A stretch of 64,000 nt of DNA from NCBI RefSeq assembly GCF_018350175.1, contig NC_058368.1:137146001-137210000 (forward strand). Reading direction: 5' to 3'. This DNA is from Felis catus. Its lineage: Eukaryota. Within the stretch, counting starts at the first letter, position 1, and every line of letters begins with the position of its first letter. Below, piece by piece: positions 1-12,615 of the stretch. The notes under the pieces are model-generated. The model was not told where the DNA came from. It did no database searches and was given only the letters and a program-made list of their open reading frames with translations. A program made the translations under genes and the position numbers.

Positions 1-49
1 AGGAGGAAAGCTATGGTTTAAAGTATAGATTGTACTCCAGTAATGGACC

Positions 50-630
50 AAAGATCCATACAAGGACAGAGATAATATATCTATAAGAAAACACAATGAT
101 TTTAAAATAGTGTCTTCTGCAACAACATGGATGAATATCTCAAGAATATTAAGTTGTGCAAAAGAAGCCACAAATAAAAGAATACACTATGTTGTACCAT
201 GTATACGGAGCTTAAAACTAATATTTGGCAATAAAAGTCAGAGTTGTGGTTTTCTAAGGCAGGTTGAAGGGGAGATTAACTCGAAAGGACCATGAGGGAA
301 TCTTCTGGAGTAACAAGATGTTCCATATCTTAATTTGGGTGATAGTTACACATCGGCAGTAGGCTGAGTCTGGCTCTCATGCTCCTGAGAGGCAGTTCCT
401 AAATAATCGGGATAATTTTGTGAGCCAGTTGTTAAACCATTGCTAGCTTGAATCAGCCATGGTGGGAATATTTAAACCATGAAAATTAATAAAAGTTACA
501 AATCAGGCTTTGTTTTTTGTCCACAGAGTTGGCTTACTAGCACATCCCTGAATACATTTATCAGATCCCATCCCAGGGTACACTTAAGATTCATGAAGTT
601 TCCTAGATATAAATTATGCCCCAGTAAAGC
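50..630 (+). mobile_element. Old L1 (L1MC/MD/ME-type) 3' end fragment, interrupted by MER63
   Basis: Has gcaacaacatggatgaatatctc...aaagaagccaca...gaatacactatg, gttccatatcttaatttgggtgatagttacaca, and resumes at ~551 with atacatttatca...gtacacttaagat...aaattatgcccc, all typical old L1 3'UTR motifs. Confidence 0.75.
355..550 (+). mobile_element. MER63A-like hAT-Blackjack MITE
   Basis: ttttgtgagccagttgttaaacc...tagcttgaatcagccatggtgggaatatttaaaccatg...tacaaatcagg, ending ttactagcacatccctg; matches MER63 as I recall it. Confidence 0.75.
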
Positions 631-632
631 AC

Positions 633-635
<3 letters not shown>

Positions 636-686
<51 letters not shown>
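636..686. repeat. (CA)n microsatellite
   Basis: Perfect CA run. Confidence 0.99.
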
Positions 687-688
<2 letters not shown>

Positions 689-983
689 AGAGAGAAAAGC
701 TGAAACAGTGTCTTCAACTAGTGACCTAGTCCAGTTCATGCATGACTTTCATGCCCTCAAGTGTCTTTTCAAACCCTCATGGAGTTCTGTTTTCTAAAAC
801 CGAGGATCATGGTAACTAATTGCATACAGCTGGTTTGGCACTGGGTACTCTTAAAGTCTTTGAACTTATTTAATTCACATATAACTACTTTTAATACAAT
901 ATCTATCCTAATTTTTACCCCCACTCTTAAAAGATACTTCACATAACATATAGTTGCACCCCACTTTAAAAAAAAAAGTTTAA

Positions 984-1207
984 GGGGCGCCTGGGTGGCT
1001 CAGTCAGTTGGGCGTCCGACTTCAGCTCAGGTCACGATCTCGCGGTCTGTGAGTTCGAGCCCCGCGTCGGGCTCTGGGCTGATGGCTCGGAGCCTGGAGC
1101 CTGCTTCCGATTCTGTGTCTCCCTCTCTCTCTGACCTTCCCCCGTTCATGCTCTGTCTCTCTCTGTCCCAAAAATAAATAAACGTTAAAAAAAATTAAAA
1201 AAAAAAG
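984..1207 (+). mobile_element. CAN-SINE (SINEC_Fc), young
   Basis: ggggcgcctgggtggctcag head, gttcgagccc B box, CT-rich tract, A tail; TSD aaaaaaagtttaa; CpGs intact. Confidence 0.98.
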
Positions 1208-1766
1208 TTTAATATGTAAAGATTTTGATATGCCAAACAGAGCAAATATTATATTACTGAATATTAGTTCACAAAGTATTCTTTTTAATTAGGTAAATCC
1301 CTTATAGGTTCTATGTTTTATTTTCATTACTTTTTGTAGGTTTTTCATCCATAAAAAGGGCACATTGGGTGCTATCCAACTCAAATAATACAAAAAGGCA
1401 AAAGAAAATGCCCCTCCCCAGACTCTATCCCAAGTGCCACCCTGTAAAGGTAGCCATGATTAAACATTAGGAGTTATCTGCCCAGTCTTTTTCTATACCT
1501 ATATTGTTGTACCTGAATCAAAACTTATAAATATATACACACGTAAATATAATACGCTCATTATGCATAATGGCACATAACTTGGTCTGTTTATTTAATA
1601 TTCTGTGGTCACCTTTCCTTTGCAGTATAGATTAGCTCCACCTTATGTTTTTTAAAAGCTTCATACGACCTGCACCACTATTGATTTAATCAGTCTCTTT
1701 TGCAAAACGTTTAGGCTTTTTCCAAGCCGTCATCGTTGCAACATGCCAAAATGAACACCCTTGGAT

Positions 1767-1843
1767 TATGTGGAATCATTTGAAATTACTGTTTTTGTAT
1801 ATGAGAATGGTTGATCACAATAATTTTATATGATTCAGGCTAT
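1767..1843. mobile_element. MADE2-like mariner MITE
   Basis: ~80-bp degenerate palindrome ttatgtggaatcatttgaaattactgtttttgta...aattttatatgattcaggcta. Confidence 0.7.
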
Positions 1844-1854
1844 ACATTTGTGGG

Positions 1855-2075
1855 TTTTTTTAATTTTTGTTTAATCTTTATTCATTTTTGAGAAGACAGA
1901 GAGAACACAGCGTGAACTGGGAAGGGACAGAGAGAGAGGGAGACAGAATCCAAAGCAGGCTCCAGGCTCTGAGCTGTCAGCACAGAGCCGGACGTGGGGC
2001 TCTAACTCACTGACAGCGAGATCATGACCTGAGCTGAAGTCGGATGTTTAACCAACTGAGCCACCCAGGCATCCA
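1855..2075 (-). mobile_element. CAN-SINE
   Basis: Antisense SINE ending gagccacccaggcatcc; TSD atacatttg. Confidence 0.97.
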
Positions 2076-2739
2076 TACATTTGCGTTTCTATAGGATATG
2101 CTTCCTGAAGTATGATTGCTGAGTCAAAGCATATGTGCATTTTTAAAATTTTGTATCCACTGTTACACTGCCCACCTAAAAGGTTGTGTCACTTTACACT
2201 ATGCTCATTTCCCCATCCCCTTGACAATAATAAATGCTTTTAATCTTTTTAGTTTTTGCCAGAAAAATTATACCTCGGTGCTTTGTTTGGCTTATATTAT
2301 TATGGAGAAGGCTGAACATCCTTTCGTATGCATATTGCTCCCATAACATTGAAAATATCATTTGATTCTCCTGCAACTCCCCAGACACACTTCTATTTTA
2401 AAAAAGAGTGTCAGACCTGTTTGTGAAAAAATTACAGAATATACACCTATCATTAAAATAATCTCTTGAGAAGCTGGAATGGATTATTTGTCAGCCTTCA
2501 TACTCTCATTTGTTTCTGTTATGGACATACAGACATGGACTGTTTTTACCCAGAGTGAACTCCTTTGACCTCAGTCTTCTGTTTTGTGAATTTGAACCAC
2601 TTGGAAAGTCCCCTGGGCTCTGAGGACATCCAGCAATAGGCTCAGTAAAGAGTGTGGCCTGCCTGCCAGCAGGGGGCCTCTACAGCTCTGCCCACCTCTG
2701 GATCGAGCTCCATTTTCTCCTAAACAAGCTTCATCTCTG

Positions 2740-3115
2740 GCTCCAACGCAGAGGCAATTGCCGGCTTCTGCTTAGGCAGACTAATTTACTGAATTAAAGT
2801 CGTTTGGCTTCCACCATAGCAATTAGTATGCAAATTACCGGTATATTACCTGCCGAGTCATAAATTACATTGACAAACTTAATATTCACAGATTCAACAT
2901 TCCAGTGTGGGTAATTTTTCTATTTTTCAGTAGTTGTAGACCAGGGCGATCCATCGCCTTATTGAACCGTTACACATTAAATCAACAGTTGAAAAATTAA
3001 GCGTTTTTCAAAGCATTTTGTTATGCATTTATTTCTTTCAGCAAGCAGTAAAGTGGAACATTAAATATGCAATGTGTCTAAGTGTACTAAATGGCTGGTA
3101 AATACATTTAAACCT
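2740..3115. promoter_or_regulatory. Candidate conserved non-coding element / enhancer
   Basis: Repeat-free and AT-rich with retained CpGs; perfect octamer ATGCAAAT 2828-2835, TCATAAA, TGACA and several TAAT/ATTA cores. Confidence 0.45.
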
Positions 3116-3494
3116 AAAAGAATTTTTTTTTTGTAACTTGAAAAAAAAGACCCAACAAAGGAAAATCTATACCATAATACAATCTATTGAATCTTCTATC
3201 ATTAGAACCAAATAGTTCCTAGTCCAAATTCCCATAAATGTGAAGAATCATTAATCTCCAATATGTGATTTCAAGCTAATGTTGCTCACAACTGGAAAAT
3301 GGCTGGTCAATATGATTTAAATTTTGTAAGTTTTCACCAAGGTGTTTAGGTATGGACACAACATTTGAGCATTGGTCATTAACACTAAGTTAATTATATC
3401 CACTTTATTTTTTGTTTTGAGCAAATAAGTAATTGAGCCTTCAAATTGGGAAAGGGGTGGAGTGATTCTTGGTGGGAATAGACATATAGGCGGG

Positions 3495-3948
3495 TGCAAG
3501 AGCAGCTGGTTCCAGGGGTCCCAAATACACCAGGTTGGGCCATTTGCTGCTGACAGAATCCAAAGGCAGAGATGTGAGCGGTGGTAAAACAAGAAAGCAA
3601 TTTATTTCAGTGAGGCCAACACTGGCAAAATAGCAACTGTCTGAAAAGCTATCTCCAAAGTGCCAAAAATACTTCCAGGTTTATATCAGGAAAATGTGGG
3701 ACAAAGGTCTGTGGGCACCTGCAGGTGGGCAGTAAAGGTCAGATCAGTCATTGTCTTGGGGTCAATCATGGACGGGGTCTTGCTGGCTCAGGGTAGTCCT
3801 TATTGCTGGAGGGGGTAGTTTCAGTTCCCCTTAGGGGAAGCTTTGCCTGCAGGGTCCTTTGCCTGAGTTAAGAGATAAGCTGGAAAGAATTTATCAGTTA
3901 GAAAGTACAGACTGCAGTCAAAGTGGAGGTAGTTGAAGTCCTCTTTCA
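3495..3948 (-). mobile_element. Probable solo ERV LTR
   Basis: TG...CA termini, antisense polyA signal (tttatt at ~3601), ~450 bp, LTR-like composition; no clean TSD. Confidence 0.55.
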
Positions 3949-4471
3949 GACAGGTCAAGTCCAAACACACTGACACAGTCCTTTCTTCAGTCACCCATGA
4001 AGCAAACTGAGGCTGTGTTTTGTGCCAGGTCAGTGGGATGAATCCTGTCCCCCGGGAGACTTCAGGATTGTTAGGTTTGAAGTCTCTTAGCTTTGTACCA
4101 ACTGATGGAAGAGCACTGGGAGCACTAATCACTCAAGATTCATGGGGACACTTCTGGCACCAAATTCCCGCCCCCCCCCCCCAGCTCCTCTCTGCACACT
4201 CCAACAAAATAAAACTACCTTTTCTGTAAAGGTTCTAACCTTGCTACTAAGGCAATCAAAAGACATATTTATTGATCAATTAAGCAAGGAGATCTGAGAA
4301 CGTTACTAGTTAACGGGAATATACTGAGACCCATTCACAGATGTGTGCATAATGCCAAATTGTACGTAAACCATGTGGCTGATATATTTGGTGCTTAATT
4401 TTGAAAAAGGATTTGGTTCATACAGAGAATATTTTCTTCACATCAAACAAAAATGTCCACTGTGGAAACAG

Positions 4472-4845
4472 TGTGAGGGTTAATCTTAAATGTCTACTGG
4501 ACGGCAACACAGGATGCCTAGATAGCTGGTTTAAACATTATTTCTGGGTGTGTCTGGTGAGAGTATTTTCACAAGAGATTAGCATTTGAATTGGTGGACT
4601 GAGTAAAGCAGATGGCCCTCCCTGGTGTGGGTGGGCCTCTTCCAGTGGTCTGACTGAACAAAAGGAGGAGGAAAGAGGAAGTCACTGTCTGCCTTACTGC
4701 CTTAGCTGGGACATTTTCTCTTGCACTCCACTCTCTTGTTACTCAAGATTTCACACCCTGACTGGAATCTATACCATTGTCTCTCTGGCTTTCAGGCCTT
4801 GAACCTATACCACTGGCCTTCCTGGGCCTCTAGTCTGCAGCTGGA
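4472..4845 (+). mobile_element. MLT2-family (ERVL) LTR
   Basis: tgtgagggttaat...aaacattatttctgggtgtgtctg...gagattagcatttgaattggtggactgagtaaagcagatggccctccc is characteristic of MLT2. Confidence 0.85.
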
Positions 4846-6954
4846 AATAAGTGGAAGAGACCCTCCTGTATGAGTACCGAGAAGTGAGGATAATTATATA
4901 AGCAAAAAGAAAAAATATGTGCATCTCATAGTTTCCTCCTCCTTTCCACAATCAGTCAATAACTGAGAGCATGGAGAGAGACAAAAAGAACAGACTTACA
5001 CCAACTGCAAATAGTAATGTCTCTGTCCATAGATTGGAAACTAAGGATATTTGAGCTCTTGTCCCATCAAATCCCACCATGCGCTGTGGTCTGTGGCCTG
5101 ACTTCACCTAAAGGTAAAAGGTGGGAAACTCCTCTCTTTCATTAGAGGAAGGAAATATCTTTGCTACCTACATTGGCTCCCGATCTTTGTCTCAGCCAAG
5201 TGTAACCTGGGGCCATTATCGATGTTTAAAATTGTATTTCAAGGGGAAAAGTCCATATCCTTGTGATGTAGGCAGGCTAGGTCCAAGGAGCGAGAGAGGG
5301 GCTCCCGCAGGTCTAGCCAGGAGGATGGAAATCAAATGTGAGCTTCACGCAGGATGGAAAACAAACATAAGCCAGCAGCATCCAGGAGACTTGGAAAGGA
5401 AAGGAGCACAAGTCTCGTCTTTGCTTGGGGTCTAGGATTTTTATCGGCAATTGCGGCCTGGTGCGCATGTCCTCTTAGGCATCTAGGAACTGGTCAGAGC
5501 AAGGACAGCATCCAGGTGTCCTTCATAATTCATTCATTCCCTGAAATCAGGGGACTTGGTGTCAAGGTATTTGAAGTCAGTGGTCTTAGAGAACATTTAG
5601 GACCATCCTACCCAGTCACTCTTTAGATGTTATCTCTTGTGCTGGAAGACTCCAAAGATAGTATTATCTCCTTATCCCTTACTGGAGGACATATGCTATT
5701 TGCAGTACAAGGCATGTGTAGAGTGCAGTTGGGGTGCAGGCTGTAGCCAGAATAGAAGCCGGAGCAAAGGAAAAACATGGCTTTTTTCATGACGTCCTTT
5801 CAGTTACCCTGTCTGACCTGCACCTCTCATTCCATTTTCTCAGGAGCTTAAGTCTGTTGCCGAGTACTCAGAGAGGGACATAAGGCTGTGCCAGTTCTAA
5901 GGTGAGCTGAGATGTTGCTGAACTCCAGGATGGAGTACAAATCTCCCTATTCACTCTGAACTAAAGGTAGAATCCCAGCTTCGCAAGGTGTGGGTCCGGA
6001 GGCTAGAAATGACCCCAAGTGACAGTGACCCAGACTGCTAGAAGGAGGCAGTGATTCAGCAGACCCAGAGGGTTGATCATAGTTTGTAAATAAGAGGAAG
6101 AAAATCTCCCATTTCTCTATCTCTACATAGACTGAGCACACATTTTTAAAATTTGAAAGAAATAAATGGAGTATATATGTAGTAACTAAATATATATATG
6201 AACATACTTTCCTGCTGTGTTGTGGAGACAAATTAATTGTACCATCTAGGAGTTTCTGTCCGTTGATCTTAGCCCTGCCTACCTGCTGTGTCATTGATGA
6301 GAGGGCAGGAGAGTGAGAGGAATATTTTCACTTTCTCTGCTTGATCCAGGAGTTGGATTACAGTCACATGGTTCTAGAACTGTGGAACCAGCGTATTTAT
6401 ATTTTTAGAGGCAACTGGCAAAGTATATGTGGAAAAGAGGTCAAAAGTGATAGGGGCAGAGCGTAGGCAACCTGTAGTTACTCACTTCTTTTCCTAGTGT
6501 CATCTTACTTTGCAAATGTTTACCATATAAGCATTTCTTGTTTCCCTTTAGAAACAGGGAAACAAAGGAGACAGGGATCAACCAACTTGAGTCAACCTAG
6601 CAAATTACTCCGTCGTTGAGAATTTAGCCCTACTAACTTCAAATATATCCTCTTGCCTTTACACACATTTCCTCTTCAATGAAATAAACCTTATTGGGGC
6701 TTATGGGAAGGAACTTTCAGAATCCAAAATACATTTCCCAAGAGTAGCATAGTCACTCACTGCAAATTTTTTCTTAGCGCAAAATACATTTGTTTATCAT
6801 CCAAAGAAAAGATACTGGAACTTACTGTTTCCTTGTCTAACAGTATTTATTGTTGTTTACTCCTAAATGAATGAAGGCAGTTTTCCAGAAAGGTGGAGGG
6901 ATGCAACCCAAGTGCCCCATTCAGTGCCAAGCACTTGATTAGAGAGGCCGGATA

Positions 6955-7172
6955 GGGGTGCCCGGGTGGCTCAGTCAGATAAGCGACCGACTTCGGGTCA
7001 GGTCATGATCTTGCAGTCTGTGGGTTCCAGCCCTGCGTCAGGCTCTGTACTGACAGCTCAAAGCCTGGAGCCTGCTTCAGATTCTGAGTCTTCCTCTCTC
7101 TGTCCCTCCCTGCTCACACTCTGTCTCTCTCTCTCTCTCAAAAATGAATAAACATTTAATAATTTTTTTTTA
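6955..7172 (+). mobile_element. CAN-SINE
   Basis: ggggtgcccgggtggctcag head through the CT tract and tail. Confidence 0.97.
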
Positions 7173-7243
7173 AGTCCAAATAGAGTCACAGTAAGGAAGC
7201 TTCATGTATTCACCCAAGGGAGAATACCTTTAAGGAAGTTGTA

Positions 7244-7375
7244 ATACATATATATGTGCATATGTATAGTTATTTTATGTATATGTAATATATACATATG
7301 GTATATATGTTTTACATACATAAAATGTGTATATATTATATTATATTATATTATATTATATTATATTATATTAAA
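7244..7375. repeat. AT-rich low-complexity tract with (ATATT)n
   Basis: Degenerate (TA)n followed by tandem atatt units at ~7331-7372. Confidence 0.95.
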
Positions 7376-8879
7376 TGTATCATAAGAATAAGCAACAGGA
7401 AGATTGCCTTAAAAATCAGGACATTCATTCATCACCGTGAGGCAAAACCATTCAAATTTTTCTGTCTTCCCCCCAGTCTATCAACAGCTGAAGTCTGTAG
7501 ACTCAGCTCAGAGAGAAAGAATTACTACAACATAGAGGAGATACACCCACCAATATAGCTTAGCTGGAGCTAGAAAGAAGTAGGCCATAGTGCTGGGGAA
7601 ACCAAAGAAATGTCAGCTCTGTTCCTGCCTTAGAGAAATTGGAAAGAGGGCAGAGGAGACGTGAGAGAAGTCAGAAAGGTAAATAGACCTGTTCCTAACT
7701 TCTCCTTTCTGAGCCTTCGCCTACAGGAATGGGGGATATTAAAAACATTGAGGGTAGCATTAAGGGCAAGGTTGTATTCCCCTAGTTACCATGTTGGATT
7801 CAAAATGCATAGTCACACAGAGAGAGGGTCTGTTTGGTCCTCACAATCTAACCCCAGTTCTTGCATGGGATGAATACTGTAATAAGAGCCAGCCGTAAGT
7901 CCCACTGTGGTGGGACAAGCTGTCCTAGGAGCAGAGGCTCGAATGAGCCACCAGTCCACGGTACTTGATGAAGAAGTCATAGAAATCCTGTGGTCTGCCT
8001 CCTGTGACAAGGAGAGTTGAGTCATCGAGAGAGATGGCTTATATTTACTGCAAGCATATACACATCAAAAGGATGGATCACAAGTTCACTGGTCATAATA
8101 GCAACTTTGGAGGCCACCAGACCATTCAAAAAGTCTAAAGCCAGCCACTTTAAAGGGCAATGGAGAATGAGCTAGTGCAAACAGAGAACCAGCATGAGGC
8201 CAGTCATCCCATCTTTGCATAAGACCATCATGACGTAGAAATTCCTCTCCCACTTGGTTGCCATCTTCAGAAAAGAAGCAGCAGGTGAAAGCAGCCTTCA
8301 GAGACTGACTGTAGTCAAATGACGTAACTTCCCAGGCAAATGGTTTAAATTATTGTATCAGGCTGAGTTAGTGTAAAGGCTTAGTGAAAAAAATCAAATT
8401 AGCGATTATCTGTTGAGCACTTAATTACAAAAAAATTAAAGAAGTTCTGTTTTCTCCTTCCATCTGATTTGTACTGCATACTAAAGTCTGCACATATCCA
8501 GTATGGTATGAGCTGTACCCGTTTTCAGCTCTGTTGTCTTCTTAAGGTATTGGTTAATATGTTCCATACTCTTATATTCAGGTTACATCAGAAGAATGTA
8601 TACATACCTAGGAATACCGGTTTTAAAAGCAGACCCCAAACTGAGAGGTAATGACGTAGAGTATGCTTTACTGATAGCACAAGTGCATCTCAATAGCTTA
8701 AAAGGAATAAAATGCAGATCTTGGACTGGAAGGCCTTGCAAAATGACTTGATAGCATTTTACTTCTGTTTTCTTTGTAAAATAAAATTATATTTAGCCTG
8801 AAAAAGGTTCAACAAATATGGCCATGTGTCCTGAATGTGTTTAGATCTCCTTGTCAAGAAAAAATACCTTCCAAGATAC

Positions 8880-10310
8880 GAAAAGAGCTTGCATATGAGG
8901 GTACCCAACCACTGTCACTGACATTTATTTTGAGAAATTGGAAAGCTAAACATAATCACATGTAGAACAGATGTTTAAAGAGGAGAAAGTCAATGCTATA
9001 AACTAGAAAGTGATGACCTTGATATTAGTCCTAGACCAGAATCTAGAAGGGAGATTTAGGGCTGGCTGGCCTGTGCCCCCTTAGCATAAGAAATTTTGCT
9101 CAGTTAAAGACAACACAAGTTCACAGTGAATAAATCTTGCCAGACTGCTCCTCCTTGCTTTCTGTGGCTGTAATGCTAGACTCAGTAGAAGCATGCCTTA
9201 GAAATTCTGCACTTGAATTTTAGCAAAGGATTTGGCAAGATCTTCATGATGGACAAGAGGAAAAACATGTGAGCTGAATCACAGTACCATGGATTTGTAA
9301 CTTGACCAGTGTGGTTATCAATGCCAATGTGATAGAGACTCTGATGTGCGCTGGGGGCTCTGTCTTTGGCCTGGTTCTATATTTTGAAGCAATGATTTGA
9401 ATGAGAATAGTGATGGCAGCTGATGAAAACATGGGTGGCATAAAGCTTTAAGGGAACAGTCAATATATTGGGGGACAAGTCCAGGATCCAAAAGATCTCA
9501 GCAGGCTAAAAAGATGGGTCAGTCCAACCTGATTTATATTGATATTGTCCTCTGCATTCCCCCTTCTCAGAAAAGTTAGCCACCAAAATATCACACCAGT
9601 ACAGAAGGCAGAATAGCATCAAGTTCAAGAGTACCTCCTTTGGAGTCAGAATTATTGAGGCAAGTCTCTACTCGTGTGAGTCTCAACCTATCCACAATAC
9701 ACTGTGAGGATACTTACTACGTCATTGGGTTGATGTGAGGATTAAATGAGATGCAAAAGATGCAAAGCATTTAGCACATTGCCTTGTCCATAAAAAGCAC
9801 TCAACAGATAATAACCAAATATAGCTATATGCACACACAGTGGCTTAGCAGGAGCATGTGTGAAATAGACTTGTGGTTTTAATTGAGTCCAAATTCAACA
9901 TGAGCCAGTGATCTGATGTGGCCCCCCAAAATAACTGATTCAACTTAGGCTGTCTTTCAAGAGCCATAGTAGGCCAGATAAATGAAGCAACGATTCTTGC
10001 CAGATTCCATGTGGACAGGACACAATGTGAGCCCCATATTCTCCCCATATCTCACCATTAGAAAAGACCTTTGTAAAATGAAACCCACACAGCCAGGAAA
10101 GCCTAAGAGAAGAGCACTTAAAACCATGGCCTAGAAAGAACTGGGCTTGTTTAGCCTGGAGAGAATACTTAAGGGCATCATGACAGCTGTTTCAAATATT
10201 TTTAGGACAGTCACAAGGGAAAGGAATTAGTGTTGCTCAGTGTGGAGCCAAACTGGTATAAGAACTCTTTCTACAAAGGAAATGCCAGGGGTTTGGAAGA
10301 GAGGCACTAA
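8880..10310 (+). mobile_element. CR1/L3 LINE ORF2 (reverse transcriptase) fossil, split by a MIR
   Basis: ttgaattttagcaaaggatttggcaag resembles the DFSKAFD motif; ggctctgtctttggcctggttctat resembles GSVLGPVLF; also atccaaaagatctcagcaggct, caacatgagccagt and tttagcctggagaga...gctgtttcaaatat. Confidence 0.8.
9605..9815 (+). mobile_element. MIR
   Basis: tttggagtcaga...gtgaggattaaatgagat...aaagcatttagcaca. Confidence 0.8.
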
Positions 10311-12415
10311 TTGATTGAAAATATAAACAACAATAATGAAATAAGAGATGTCACTGTGCTTTGAAGAAAGTCTAGTCCAGCTTTGAGCCTTTTTTAATTT
10401 TGTTTTGTTTATCATTAAGCATAGGGGACCATCTTTCTGAAAAAGCCTTTCCAGAGATTTTGATCAGCCTTGTGATTAGGTATATATCATCACCATCACA
10501 TTTTCAGGGGGTGAAAATTAAACAAAGGAAAGGTGCTTCAGTGATTTTCCCAGTTCCTCGGGGAGATTAGAATTCACCACTCCATCCTTCTCACTCTTTA
10601 CCCCTCTAGCTGCTGAAATCGACAGGCTTCAATGTCTCTTATCTCAGTTAGCCATCTCCTTGAGTTCTGAACAGGACAGTAGTCCTGGATAACATTCCTC
10701 TCCACCCCCTCACCTTTGTTTAAGCTGTATTTATTTTTATACTCTTACTTTTTAAAATGTAACACCCAAGAAGAGTTTTAGAAAAGCATTTCCGTGGAGA
10801 GGTATGCAGCCAGCTACCATGAAACCCAGAGCACGACACAGTGACTTCAGCATAAATGTGCATGGCTGCTTGAACACCATCTCAAATTCTCATTTCTGCA
10901 TTGCCCTCATACTTTCCCTGCTTTAAAATAAGCTATGTTTCTTAAATAACCAGAATCAAGTGATTTGTATTCTGGTCACAATATAGATCTTTGATGGAAC
11001 AGGCTCACATCTCTCTCACCTGATCACTGCATCCAAATGAGAAAAAATGGAATCTCGTTCACAATGCAAATATTACTGAAAACCAGATATCATTCTGCCT
11101 TATAATCAAAACCAGAAAGCTGTTATTGTAGCTCTATAGCATTTCCTACAGACTATTAATTCACTGCAGAAATCCTGTTCTAAAATGAAAGTCTGGGCAG
11201 AATGACATTGTTTCTGCTAAAGAACCACTTTGTCTTAGTGGCATCATTTCTAAAGTCATGGATGAAACTGACAATAGCTGATTAATTTGTGTGCTTTGTT
11301 CTGGTCACATATTTGTTTGGAAATAAGAAGTTCACTTCAGTCAAAGCCAGACAGAAATTAAGTAATTAGGACAATGGCTGCCCTGGTGACATTTATTAGA
11401 GATGGAGAATTAGAGTGTTTTCTTGAGTTAATATTCTGTTTTACAATCACCATGAACTTCTTAAGGTAAATCTAACAACATGACTGTTGATTCTGAATTT
11501 TTAAAGTATTGTTTGAAGTTTCTCTCGGGGTTTTTTTTTCTTTTTACATTTTTTCACAAAACGTTATTTGGCAGCAAACTTCAAAGGATCCAACAGTGAT
11601 TTTCAATTATATGTATTATTAGCTCCATAATCAGCCAACATATTAAAAAGAGCAAAGGCAGTAACTTGGACCACTTGGGAATTGGCATCAAGTTTCAAAG
11701 TTACATTTGGCTTTTATAGAGGGTAACAGATTTGGTGAAGATTTTATCCCAGTTCTATTTTGTTTTGTTTTATTTCATTCAGTCTTTTACCAATAGTTTT
11801 CCAAGTTTCAGACAGCTCTGTTGCCTTTACTGAAAGGTAAAAATCAGATAAAAGTATTTGAGGTGTTTTTCCTTTAAAAATGTTTCATGGGTCCTTATGC
11901 CACTAATCTATTTCTCTTTGTTATTTCCCTTGGACTTTTCTTTGGGAGGAGGGGTTTAGGATTCATTTTGATACATTATTGGATCTTTTCTTAAACTTTA
12001 TGAAATTACAGTTGTCATGAATTTCAATGACGCTGATTGCTATTGACGTAGTAAAACACACACAAAAAATGTTTTAATAAACATAGGTAAATGAGATCCC
12101 CCTGAATGGAGAGTCCTAAGGAAATAGCATCAGTGAGTCAGTAGATGATAGTATTTTCTCAGGCTTTCAAATAATGATTTCTAAGTGTCATCTCCAACTT
12201 GAACTAGAGACACCACTTTTGGCCTCCAGTCCTCACACTTCAGTGCCGTAGCTCTGTGAGTCCATTTACCAGAGGGAAGCTGGGATTTAGTCCACCAAGA
12301 AGAGGATGTTGCTTATACCAATAGCCACATCAGTCAGATTCTCTGGAATTCAAAATAACCATAATGACTGTATTCATGACAGAATGTTATGTTCTTTGAA
12401 AACCAAGGCAGTATT

Positions 12416-12615
12416 GGGGCGCCAGGGTGGATCAGTCAGTTAAGCATCCAACTTCGTCTCAGGTCATGATTTCACAGTTTGTGAGTTCGAGCCCCGCGTT
12501 GGGCTCTGTGCTGACAGCTCAGAGCCTAGAGCCTGCTTCCGATTCTGTGTCTCCCCCTCTCTCTCTCAATAATAATCTCAATAATGCTCTGTCTCTCAAT
12601 AATAAATAAACGTTA
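12416..12615 (+). mobile_element. CAN-SINE with rearranged CT tract
   Basis: Perfect 17-bp TSD aaaaccaaggcagtatt at 12399-12415 and 12616-12632. Confidence 0.98.

Larger units (their letters stand above)
1400..2400 (-). mobile_element. Degraded old L1 fragment (L1ME-like), interrupted by MADE2 and a SINE
   Basis: tttaatcagtctc...ttaggctttttcc and gattgctgagtcaaagcatatgtgcatttttaaaattttg are antisense L1 3'-region motifs. Confidence 0.6.

Noticed and set aside
7400..8400. Possible ancient Gypsy-like LTR
   Set aside because: Only a compositional impression; no termini or diagnostic motif could be fixed.
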